Shown piece by piece: positions 37,329 to 49,795 of a DNA stretch of 64,000 bases. The stretch is from Owenia fusiformis (Eukaryota), in NCBI GenBank assembly GCA_903813345.2, contig CAIIXF020000001.1:8122001-8186000 (forward strand), written 5' to 3'. The first letter of the stretch is position 1, and each line of letters opens with the position of its first letter. The position numbers and the translations under genes were made by a program. The notes below the pieces were generated by a model. That model was not told the origin of the DNA. It ran no database searches and saw only the letters and a list, made by a program, of their open reading frames with translations.

Positions 37329-40300
37329 ATGGAGAAGAATAATACTTGTCCTAAGCCGAAACCAGAGCGGGATTCATTGTCCAAAGAGGTACTTATTTAC
37401 TATTTATATTATTTTTATATTCTTCTTAGTGTATGACCACAATTCATATCATTACTAGATTTCTTCAAATCTTTGATATGAGGTTTGAAACCCGGTTCTA
37501 AAATCAGTCGTGTTCTGACATTGGCTTTGAATTAGAATTTATTCAATTAGAATTTAATCAATTCTAGTTGAGAGCCCATGGTTCTGACAAACCATTTGTA
37601 CACCAGTCAATGTTCCAAAAATCGAAGTCAGTGCTTAGACACTGGTGGATCAAGAAACTAACACGGGGGGGGGGGGAATTTCTAGTCGGCATGCGCAGAA
37701 AAATCTTTTGGGCCCATATACCAAAAATTGGGCCCAAGTTTTTGAGAATTTCAGGCCAGTGTTTTGATAACTTGGCAAATTATGCCCAAAATGTTTCGCT
37801 TTTTGAAGCACTACAAAAAACAAAGGGATGGGGGGTGGCGCAGATCCCATTGCCCACCCCCCCTTGATCCACCTCTGCTTGGAGATTGATGGTTGAAGGG
37901 TTCGGTCTTTCTCAAAAACCTCATCAATTTAGCATAGGGTGTTGATATGGTATACCCCCATAAATGTAGGCCAGATTTGCGTTTTTCTTATTTGAGACAT
38001 TCTAGATCACAATTATTAGCGATCTAGAATGTCTCAAATAACACAAATATTTGCGATCTAGAATGTCTCAAAAAAGAAAATAACCAAATCTGGCCCACAT
38101 TTACGGGGTAATACATGTATGGTACGGCCTTAATAATCTAAGGTTTCTGTAGTGACATCAATACTTATAATTGACCAATTTTCAATGTACGTGCACATGA
38201 TCAATTTTCAGTTTTGAAAGCATGTATTAATTTAGTTATAGAAATATATAAGGGTTATGTACTGGGAGGTTTCGGATATGGGGTTTATCCAGAGGGAGAT
38301 ATGCATATCTACCTGAGGGACCATAGGGACCGAAGGTAGATGTGCATATCTCACGAGGGATGAACCCAATATCCAAACCGACCGTATCCTATACCAAGTA
38401 GAGTTTTCAGGGGCATATGGCCGTTTCAATAGCACAAGGTGTAAATCATTTATTTGCAAAGTCATTTAATTGCATTATCGGAAGCGGGAAGATATGCACC
38501 GGAAGCGGGAAGATATGCACCTAAGTGGGAGATATGGCGGGAGATATGGAGGTTCTGGATATGGAAACCTCAAAATCAGGATACGGGATATATCTTACAA
38601 ACTTATCTCCCTAAAACTCTACTTGGCATAGGATAATGTAGGTTATTTATATCACGTGCATTATTTATTTTCTAGTCATGAAAAAGGCCAGAATTGACAG
38701 CTATGCAAATTAATATAAAGCATACTTGTTGTACCATACAGTCAAAAATGAATTACTGTTCTGGTTAAATTGTATTTAAAGTGTCTGTGGATCTAAAATT
38801 CTATGGTGTCATTTTCAGGAACTCCAGTGTCGCGTGACACAGCTAGAAGCACATGTTGCACAGCTGAAAAATATCATTAAGAAGCAGCATGAGGACAAAA
38901 CACGTACAACACCATCAAAGAGGAAACAAAGAGAGTTTGACTTTACAAAGTATAGTACTATATATTTCTACATGATTTCAAATTATACAATAACGGAGAT
39001 GCGAGTAGGTAGTTACCAGATTCACCATCAGGTGGCTCGTTCGGGTCAGATAGCATGGCGGGTATAGTAGAAAGTTCCCTTTAACTTAAATTACATCTAT
39101 TTGCGTGGTTCAATTTTCATATAACCCTTATGTATCTAATAGTTATGCAAATTAAAATATGTCCAGTAAAAGAAAATGTTATCTGTCCAATACAAGAAAA
39201 GATAATTCACTTTTTGTGATTTTCTAACATGGGGTCTATGAGGAATCAACCCGAACAAGAAGTCACATTTTCAAAAAAAATTAAATTTTCAAAGTTGATG
39301 GACAATTTTCGAAACCATATTTCTAGATGTACATTTTCATGCAGATTTCAAATATGACATCGCTTTGACTAAATTTTGAATATTAATGACGTAAATCAAG
39401 ATTATTTCTACTCGCATGTAATCTATTACATGTACACAATTACACATACTGTGAACACATGTGCATGTACATGTAGATCATTTTAAAATCATTCAATCTT
39501 TTTGCATATCAAAGTGAACAATGTGTTGTAATATTATACATTTTATACACACTCAAGTTTAAAAGTTCTATTTGCTTTTTATACAATGCTTTCTGTTTTT
39601 TTGTTGCAATGTACTAATATTAAAATGAATAGCACATTTATTTATTGCCCTTTTTATTGACATTACCACGGGGTACCATCGAATAATTTTGGCAACGTAC
39701 CGGAGAACGACATTTTACTAAGAAATGGCAATAATTTAGCACAAAATATTTTTTAACTAGAGTTCTACTTTGATTTTGACAAAAGTAAGTATTCCATGCA
39801 ATGGCTATTTCATTCATGAGTTTGTAGGAATTCTGTTGGAACCCAGTTCTGATCAAGTACGAAGTTATTGAAATCGGAGCAGTCGGACTTTACTCCGAAA
39901 GATGGTTTTTCGATTATAACTTTTTACAACATTTAAGTATAGACTTTTGAAAAAAGTACAGAATAGTCCTTAAACTATTGAATAATTCTGTTATTTCTGA
40001 TTCACACGACTCTGATTTGTTTAATTAAAAAAAAAGTTTTAAAAATATTACTTAGGAACGTAACCGGAGCTGGGAACGTAACCGGAGCAGATCAGTTGAA
40101 TTATATAATTTAAAAAAATAAAATATATGATTTAAAGCATATATATTAATAAATACGCATTCGAACAATCCCGTATGTTTTTAAATTAGTACAGTATGTG
40201 CTTTAAATCACTTTTTTTTTGATTAAATAATTCAATTTCAACTGATCTGCTCCGGTTACGTTCCCAGCTCCGGTTACGTTCCTAAGTAATTTTTTTAAAA

Positions 40301-43300
40301 CTTTTTTTTTAATTAAACAAATCAGAGTCGTGTGAATCAGAAATAACAGAATTATTCAAAAGTATAAGGACTATTCTGTACTTTTTTCAAAAGTCTATAC
40401 TTAAATGTTGTGAAAAGTTATAATCGAAAAACCATCTTTCGGAGTAAAGTCCGTCTGCGCCGATTTCAATAACTTCGTACTTGATCAGAACTGGGTTCCA
40501 ACAGAATTCCTACAAACTCATAAATGAAATAGTTATTGCATGGAATACTTACTTTTGTCAAAATCAAAATAGAACTCTAGTTAAAAAATATATTGTGCTA
40601 AATTATTGCCATTTCTTAGTAAAATGTCGTTCTCCGGTACGTTGCCAAAATTATTCGATGGTACCCCGTGATTACTTTGCAAACATTTCAGATGTAGCAA
40701 GAGGCATGTCCTCCTGAAGATATTGTATGTAGGGTGGGACTATCATGGTTTTGCAGTGCAGGATGAAATTCCAAAGACCATAGAATCAGCATTGTTTGAT
40801 GCTTTAAACAAAACAAGGTTAATCGAAAACAGGTATGTGGAGGTTGTACCCTGCGTTGTACTCATATGATTCATAATAATAATTACTTGATTAATAAAGA
40901 TAATTACAGTATTTGGGACTTTTTAGCTCACATTGTATTTTTGTACATATGATTATCACATCTGTATACTTATACAGTATATATATACGTTATGTATGCA
41001 TGTTTCTTTATTGTGAATGACCAATATACTCTAGAAGGAGACGAGGAACAATTAAGTACTATCTTAGTACTATCTATAGCTATCACTCACTTGTTTTAAC
41101 TTAAGTTTTCTGATTCCTGTCATGTGATAATAGTTTCATTAAATGAAGTTGAGCATTCAAACACCATGGAATTTGATATAAAGTACAATATATGTACGAA
41201 AAGTACAGTACTGTATTTTTCTAATTTTAGGGAAACATCTAATTATCACAGGTGTGGAAGGACAGATAAAGGAGTCAGTGCATTTAGTCAGGTAAATTAT
41301 TATGGCAGAACATTTGAACAATGCCAGCTCTGTTAAACAAGAGTTCTGCACAGATTGATGAGGCTACCACTGATGCTAACACATTTAAACAAGACATTAA
41401 ATAAGAAAAGCACAATTTAAGGCTGGCACATCTAGATAAATCGAACATATTTAAAACAAAGCTGCCTACAGTTACATATTGCCTATTGCATTATAACAAG
41501 GCTTCCCCATGGAACAAAAATTGTTTGAATTGATTATGGATCAAAAATTTGGTTGTCAAAATAAACATTTGACAATTTTCCAGGTTATATCTATTGATCT
41601 GAGGAGTAATCTATCAGAAGGTCCAGGTGTTATAGTGCCAGAGGGTCACAATGTTAGCAACAAAAAAGGTCAGTAGGGTGTTTCTTTAATTTACAGAAAA
41701 GATGCATGTCATAATATCCTATACATATTTCCATTTAGAATTCAGGCTCTCTATGACCTTTAGCACATTACAATTATGTTCTCTAATTCCTCTGAATTTT
41801 GCCCTTGTTGCCTACAGTCATCTTGCTTCATCAAGCTTCGGACCTCTCCTCACCTTGATTCACAACAAATTATTGGTTATACACTAAATAAACAAACCCG
41901 AGCTGATGCGCTGTTTTGAATATCATTATCCATAGGAAGGGCCTTTGTCACCACAGCCCAGTTTTCTGTGACACGAATACATCCCTGCCTATTGTTATTG
42001 CCTCTATCGCTTCTTTTTGATCGGGTTTTAAAGAATTCATGATCAGATGAAATTTACCGCAAATCTTTTCAAACAATTTCTCCATTTTTATTTTCTGAAT
42101 ATTGATTCAGGGGCCTAATTTGAATAATTTCCTCAACTTTGATTGGCACACGGGCTATCCCGCGCACTCCGTGAAGCATTTCTACAAATGAGACGCCACA
42201 TATTTCTTGGGTCTCAAGTTTGTCATATGAACCCACAGGATAGAACATAGAGATTGAGCATGGGAACTGACGATGGCCTACAGTATCAATACACTTTCTT
42301 TTCCATAATGCAAGAGCCAAAAATCGTTCATATCATTCAGTTAATTGCCATTTAGAAATCATTTGGAAATCAGTGCATGCACCCTTGGTATTAGAGATTT
42401 TGCAACTCACTTATAGCATGTTTATTATCCCATCGAACGAAGTTCGGAGGGATATAGGGAACGCCTCCGTCCGTCCGTCCGTACACAGTCCGTCCGTACG
42501 TCCGTACGTCTGTCCATCCGTCCGTCCGGGCAATAACTCAAATACCGTTGGCCCGATTTTGTTCATATTTTGTACACATATACCCTATGGGAATAGAAGT
42601 TCTGCTCAAAAGCCGATTTTCAAAATGGCCGCTCATTTCAAAATGGCGGCCATTTTAGTGCCGATTTTACAGTAATTTAGGTGCAATATGTAAAACTGTA
42701 ATAGCAATATGTTTTAAATGTAAAAAAATTATAAAGGACATTAATAAAGCTACAAATTTAGATATTAAAAAAGCACATGGCAGCCATCTTGAAAAATAGC
42801 GGCCTTTACTTGTTATTTTACGATTTTTGCTGTAACTCGAAAAGTAGTGGAGCGATTTTGTTCATATTTGGTATGTGAATACTATAAACATTGCACACTG
42901 TCTAAAGACACTTTTGGTAGAAGGCGGCCATTTTGAAAAATGGCCGCCATTTTAACGTATTTTACTATAACTCAAAAAGTAGTGGAGTGATTTTGTTCAT
43001 ATTTGGTATGTGAATACTATAAGCATGGCACACTGTCCTATGACACTTTTGGTTGAAGGTGGCCATTTTGATAAAAATTTTGAAAAATGGCCGCCATTTT
43101 AACGTATTTTACTATAACTCGAAAAGTAGTAGAGCGATTTTGTTTATATTTGGTATGTGAATACTATAAGCGTGGCACACTGTCTAATGACACTTTCGGT
43201 AGAAGGTGGCCATTTTGAAAAATGGCCCCATTTTAACGTATTTTACTATAACTTGAAAAGTAGTTCAGCGATTTTGTTCATATTTGGTATGTTTCATATT

Positions 43301-46300
43301 TTATATGTGAATACTATAAGCATGGCACACTGTCTAATGACACTTTGGGTAGTAGGCGGCCATTTTGAAAAATGGCCACCATTTTTACGTTTTTTACTTT
43401 AACTTGAAAAGTAGTGAAGCGATTTTGTTCATATTTAATATGTCAATACTCATGAGCCTTGCACACTGTCTCATGACACTTCGGATCGTAGGCGGCCATT
43501 TTAAAAAATGGCTGTCATTTTTACATTCTTTACTATAACTTGAAAAGTAGTGGAGCGATTTTGTTCATTTTGATATGTGAATACTCTAAGCATGGCACAT
43601 TGTCTTTACAAGTACATGTGTGCGATTTTTCAAAAATTTTATAGGTGGCTACTTAAAAGCATATTATTTCTTCTGATGACAACTTGGCTAGTGAGCAACC
43701 ATTTTGAAAATGGTGGCCTTTCTGGTGTGTTGTTTTATGATATTTGTTATATATTTCTTTTGTAAAAATGCCAGCCATTTCTGTTCGATGGGATTTGCTA
43801 CGCTTTGGCGTTGCCGTTGTTCTGGTTATTATATTCCTTTATAACTTATGAGGCGTTTGATTACGTCACCTTTTATTGCACAGCTCTATATTTCCATACA
43901 TGTGATAATCTTATAAATTGTTGTCTTTAAGTAAGGGCGTCATACTTACTTATGGACATACATGTATAGAGCTAGAGCTGCGTAATAAATGATAACATAG
44001 TCAAATGCTTCATACACTGTAAGTTATATGTTTTACGGAAATAATAAACATGCTATTAGTGAGTTGCAGAATCTCTCTATTTTCTGAGAAGAAGCCTTGT
44101 TTAAAAAGTCTGCTATGAAATTTAGAAGTTTGGATTGAATTTTTTTGGCATATATAATAAGTTATAGTACTTTAACCCATTCAGTTATATTGTTATTTGT
44201 GTTGTAGGCAACGGGAAGGAAGAGATCCAATATATGAAAATCCTGAACAAGGTACTTCCACCAGAAATTAGAGTTTTAGCCTGGAGTCCTGTGGAACCAG
44301 ACTTCAGTGCAAGGTATGAAATATAAACTTATACCTTGAGTGCAGGTATGAAATATAAACTCATACCTTCAGTGCAGGTATGAAATATAAACTTATACCT
44401 TCAGTGCTGGTATGCAGTGTGAACCTAGTTCAAGGTATGCAATGGAGACCTTTAGTTTAAGTTAAATTGAAAAAAAACTGTTTGAAAATGACTTTAGATT
44501 ATCTGCTTGAAATGGGCTTCTTAGCCTTTTGCAGATTATTGACATGTGTTATATTAAGCAACAGATTATATTTCAATGATTACAGGGTGAGCCAAAAAAG
44601 GTAACCCAACCAAATGTTTGTTGATAACTCAGTCATTCAGCATGGGTTTAAATTATGTTTGGCACAATTAGACCTTGTTCAATGTCCTTTCCCTCTACTG
44701 AGTTTCAGTGGTCTATCTCTAAATGTCACGATTTTATGGCCATTTACAAAACATACTCCAAGTGCTGGATACTGAATGACTGAGTTTCCCTTATTTGGCT
44801 CACCCTGTACAAAATGATATCCCAAGAAAAGATGGATGATTTACCTGCACATCTATACTTTTCTGTTGCATATTTCAGATTTGACTGTAAAGAGAGGACA
44901 TACAAATATTTCTTTCCAAGAGGGGACATGGATATCGAGGTACAGTTTAACAGGGTTACATTATGGAAGGTTTTGGATATGGCTTATATCCTGTGGGAAA
45001 TATAGTCATGGGATATAATACATACACATATATCTTCAAGTGAGACGTATTTCATTGAACCTTATGTCATCAAAACAAAATCAAAATTTGAAGCAAATAC
45101 AAAGGTCAGGTTTTTGACATGAATATAGAATACATGGTGGGTCAAGAATGGTGTGCACTTTTATATTATCATATTATGTGGACAAACATAATTGGTCCTA
45201 CTCTGTTTTAGATAATGCGGGTGGCTGGTCAAAAACTGGTGGGTACCCATGATTTCAGAAACCTCTGCAAGATGGATGTCGGAAATGGAGTTGTTACTTT
45301 CATGCGCCGTATCATGAGCGTTAACATAGAAGAGGAGGATCCCAGCCCCACCAGGTAAAACTATTTCTAAATTAATGTTCGTTAAAAATATATTGACGAA
45401 CACATTTGTATAAATGTGCACAACAGCCAGTTTAGACTGGAGGCTAGAAGTTAATTTGATGATGGTTTGTTCACCACAGATTGGATGGCTATCGGATGTG
45501 TACATTAACAGTCGTTGGCCAGGCTTTCCTGTGGCACCAGATCCGTTGCATTGTAGCAGTGCTGGCCCTCATAGGTCAAGGTAAAGAGAAAGCAGAGGTA
45601 AGAGACTAGGGAGTATTTGAATATGTATAGCACTTCATAATACAATGAAGATACAGTTAACCTTCACATGACAGGATGAAAATGTATAATTTCGCAAAAT
45701 CAAGATCATTTATTTGGGTCTTCCAGTCTTGATCGACAGGAGCTCAAACATTAACAATCCATCCCATTATTAGTTTGGTAACAATACCCTGTACAGTGAC
45801 CAATTTCCATATCATTCGTAATATGTTATATATTTGTTCATTGTTACATGGGCAGTGATATGACTAGGCCCTTTTTTGGCCTTTCATGATATACATGGGC
45901 AATTAATGGAATCATTTCCACGTTTGAAGCTGATCTGGAGGCAGAGAGCAAAATGTAAAATGTATCTCGACATAGAACACTTATATGGGAGCTCCAAACA
46001 GCATAACGGTCACACCACTGTGTATTTGCATCCAATTTTCAAACACTCAGGTGTATAATTAAGATGTGTGTGTTTTCAGGTGGTAGATGAGTTATTAGAT
46101 GTAGAGAACAACCCACGTAAACCTCAATACACTATGGCTCTTGGTAAGTAACATAGAATGAAAGAGAATAATGTGTTGTAGTTAGTAGTCATATTTCAAA
46201 TTCACCAATCTCAACTACAGTTAAGTCAAAGATGCAAAGGATAATTATACAGTATACTCGGAAGATCAAAATATAGCATTCCAATACCTTCTAAAATATT

Positions 46301-47803
46301 CTTGAAGTTTAGAAATAATTGTTATACTTTTACATAATGTAGTATGTTGGAGCCTTATATCCAAAAAGATAAATCAAAGGTTTAATCAGTAACTTAAAAT
46401 TTAATGTTTATTTCCAGAGCTTCCATTGAACTTGTATGAATGTCAGTATGAAGATGTCACGTGGCACTATGATCACATATCACATGGTGACACCTTAAAA
46501 CATCTTCAGAATCTCTGGGCAACCCATGCAATCAAGTAATTATATGATAACTAATAATCTTGAAGAATATCATTTTGATGCATTTTATGAACATGTGAAT
46601 TAGTATATTTATATGATATAAGCATTTGTGTATGATAGTGTAAATGCATATAATAAAATGCAAACTGTTTTTCTTTAGACTAAATAAAATGATTTCTAAA
46701 AAAGAAACTAAATTGTTCAGTTAACCGGAAACTTCTTGTCCCATGTTCTAAAAAGTCCATTGCTACAATAATTTTCCATGGAACTTTCCAGACTGGTAAT
46801 ATAAAGATTTATTTTCATGTTCAACATTATTCCAGGACCACCATGATAAAAAATATGCTTGATGACCTTGCTAAAGTACCAGTGGCACTAAAAGATGGCA
46901 CTGAACTAGGTAAACTAAATAAACCCAAAGCCTCATATAAATAATGCAAGCATGTAAGCAATAAATATCACGTTACATAAATTCTTCTTATCTTTTCTTG
47001 TGTAACTACAAAATTGTTCAGTTCTACTCTCAAATGAATGCTACTCTCTACTCTTTTCCCTTTGACTCATATAATTGATAAAATGTATTTTCCAAAACCA
47101 AATCTGCCTATGAAATGACTGCATGCATGAGCATTGTAATTTATTAAGTCTGGGAAAATCTTATTTTTTCCTATAGAGCCTGTTACTGTTAAGTGCCAAT
47201 CAGACTGCCTTCTACCTGGAAACAAACCTAGAACATACCAACCACTACTAACCAGGCACACATGTGGTATGTATATGTTTGTACATTGAAGCACATTTAT
47301 GAAAAAGTACAAATATCTACTATTAGTAATAGCTTAAAATCTAAGGGTTCACAAATTCCAATTTGTTTTCATATTTCATTAGTTCTGTACTGAACTGGTT
47401 CCATACGTCAAATATTCACAATTCAATAATTTTGAAAAATATCATGAATTGTAGGATTTCTCATCCTCTCCATATGGAATAGTATTCTCCCCAAGGAATA
47501 GCCACTTATGTGTAGATTCAGCTCCATCATGTTTTAACATAATTAATTAAAGTATTCTATGTGAGGTGAAATTGTAATTGAATAAATAATTTATTTACTA
47601 GTATTTATGGCCTTGACTAACTGCAATCCAAGGTTTTATTGTACTTTATGATAGATATTGATCTTATTTAGAAATGTCACATACCTAATTGCATTCAACT
47701 TGTTGTTTTTCCAGAGAGCTTAGAGGAGAGGATCGAGTATTATGCAAAACGAAGGAAACTAAACACTTCCTCCACACCAGAGACTATAGAGGATAAAACC
47801 TGA
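37329..47803 (+). CDS. PUS3: tRNA pseudouridine(38/39) synthase PUS3/DEG1, 14 exons
   Basis: Exons 37329-37388, 38819-38949, 40692-40832, 41231-41291, 41584-41668, 44208-44313, 44879-44939, 45212-45354, 45480-45597, 46080-46143, 46418-46535, 46836-46909, 47177-47266, 47715-47803 with consistent phases. Motifs REFDF, RHVLLKILYVGWDYHGFAVQ, YHRCGRTDKGVSAFSQV (catalytic Asp), FSARFDCKERTYKYFF, GTHDFRNLCKMD, AFLWHQIRC, PRKPQY; AATAAA at 47824. Confidence 0.95.
37953..38110. mobile_element. Short TA-flanked MITE (TACCCC..GGGGTA)
   Basis: TACCCCATAAATGTAGGCCAGATTTG ... CAAATCTGGCCCACATTTACGGGGTA; the same terminus occurs at ~21057-21195. Confidence 0.6.
39667..40670. mobile_element. 1-kb near-perfect palindromic MITE, CAC..GTG ends, 5-bp TSD (Transib-like)
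   Basis: ATTAC|CACGGGGTACCATCGAATAATTTTGG ... CCAAAATTATTCGATGGTACCCCGTG|ATTAC; ~480-bp arms; explains mirror ORFs 39638-39856 and 40481-40717. Confidence 0.9.
42421..43821 (-). mobile_element. Helentron-associated (HINE) element with internal ~135-150-bp tandem array
   Basis: Terminal hairpin ATCCCATCGAACGAAGTTCGGAGGGAT, (CGTC)n microsatellite, six AAAAGTAGTGGAGCGATTTTGTTCAT-type units, matching subTIR GTTCGATGGGAT at 43783; it sits inside an older inverted-repeat element (~42392-44078). Confidence 0.8.
44303..44415 (+). repeat. 32-bp tandem repeat containing the PUS3 exon-6 splice donor
   Basis: TTCAGTGCA(A)GGTATGAAATATAAACTTATACC x3.5; GT at 44314, 44346, 44378, 44410. Confidence 0.85.
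44583..44807. mobile_element. Tc1/mariner-type MITE
   Basis: TA|CAGGGTGAGCCAAAAAAGG ... CCTTATTTGGCTCACCCTG|TA. Confidence 0.75.
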
Positions 47804-49611
47804 GAAAATGAAATATGTTGATTAATAAACTGAGAATTGTTTGAAAAGCTACCAAGATGAGACTGAAGCAATTGTGAAAACAAGTTATGTTATGATTGGA
47901 CTATAGTAGTATTGTGAACTTTGTGTCAAGTATGCTGATTGCATTTTTGTACATGTTGCCAAAGAAATACAATTGTATTGATACAATACAACTCATAAAC
48001 TTTTGCTTTATTGAATTACCTGTAATCATATTGTTGTTAATAAGTGTGTTTATCTGATGTCGTAATGATATTCGGTTTGTTGATCCAGAAAATCTCGAAT
48101 TCTGTTTTTGAGGTACTTGCTTTGAGAAATTGCTAGATGAATAGGCGCACGACATGGTAAATTAGGTTAGGTATTCTAGAATTTTTTTTGAACTGATACC
48201 CTGTGTGCAGAGTCTAGTTAAACTACGAACGACGAAGCTTTCTTTTAAGAAATGAAGTCAAACGAATGCAAAGGCTAGTAAAAATGCTAATCGTGCAAAA
48301 GTCAATGTTTTTGCTATAAATCAGTCAACAATGGTCTAGACGACCTGAAATAAATACTTATAAGTCCCCTTATTATCACAAAACTAATGCCATCTCAATC
48401 TAGAGTTTAGATTTGACCTGCGACGCCTTCAGTGACCTTCGTAAGGTGGTAACATTTTGTCCTGTTAATGCCTTGTTATTTTTTAATTAAATTGCTCAGA
48501 ACGGTCGATTTAAAACTCAATTTGAAGAGCAGATATTTTCTATGTCACATACTGCATTCTAAACCCAATCCAAACGAATTATTATCCAACAATGAAGTTC
48601 GGTCAGGATAAACAGAAGCCGATAATCTGTCTGTCCGTCCGTGCATTAATCTTACCGGTTTTTACACAGAAACATCTAAGTTTTGGTTTTATGAATTACA
48701 AGACATCCCTCCATTAGTCAGCTCTCTGTTCATTTGTGTCCGGGTGATTACTCAAATACCTGCTGACAGATCGGGCTCAAAATGCATAGATCTATCAGAT
48801 TTTCTGATATGGCGTCACATCATGGGTATAAGATTTGCCAAAAATGATACAAAATGAAGAGTGATTTGAGAAATATGTTTTTTTCAATGGGATATGCTAC
48901 TCCTGAGAGTTGTTGTTTTTTAACGTGTTCAAGTTTTATAACTTAAGTTCATTAATTTTACAGTCACATCCAGATGTGTTTTCAATATAATAGAGTTGAA
49001 TAGAAACGTCAGCTATGAAATACATGAACAAGGACAAGGAATGTCCTTTTATTGGACTTTTTAAAAATCCAAATACACAGAGACAAAAGAGTCTTATTAA
49101 AACAAAGAAATGTGGGATAAATTGCTGTAGGCAAAATTTTTGTTTTTCAGCAATCTGAGAAAATATTTTTAAACTACTCTGAACACTTGGATCGATAAGC
49201 ATGTTTCGTACTTATATAACTGAATTTTGTTTTTTATTCATTTTATCACATTTAATTATAAGGTGTTATTATTCCAGACCAAACAAAAAGTACACGTATT
49301 ACATCTAATGTCATGGCAATAAAGCACATCGCTTACACATCTAACTTTATTAGCGGGCCATTATACTTTGATTTGGCATTTGGTTACTTTTGATGTAAAA
49401 ACTTATCGTTATTTGTTATTCTTATTATGCAATTAGCTTATAAAAATATCCTTAGGCATTTGCAGAAGAAAAATGACACATGGCCAGAATTGAGGTGTGA
49501 CTGATAATAAAAATATTTCTCATCAGAAATTTCAAGGCAATTTGGTGTATTTTAATTATAATTTATAGCATCAATTTTGCAAAATTTTGCATCACAAGTT
49601 TGAAGTTACAT

Positions 49612-49795
49612 TGTCCAAGCTACTGTCTCCAAGTTAGAGTCTCCAAGCTACAATCTCCAAGCTATAGTCTCCAAGCTACTGCGTTCATTCTACAGTTGTC
49701 AAGTTACTGTTTCCAAGGTGTTTAAGATGCCGTTTCCAAGCTACTGTCTCCAAGTTACTGTTTCCAAGGGTCTATTTCCAACGTCTCCAGGCTAC
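49612..49795. repeat. Degenerate ~14-bp tandem repeat (TCTCCAAGCTACTG)
   Basis: Repeated TCCAAG(C/T)TA units. Confidence 0.7.

Noticed and set aside
39667-40670. RAG-like transposon with recombination signal sequences
   Set aside because: The TIRs are symmetric, no nonamer or 12/23-type asymmetry is visible, and there is no RAG1/2 coding sequence.
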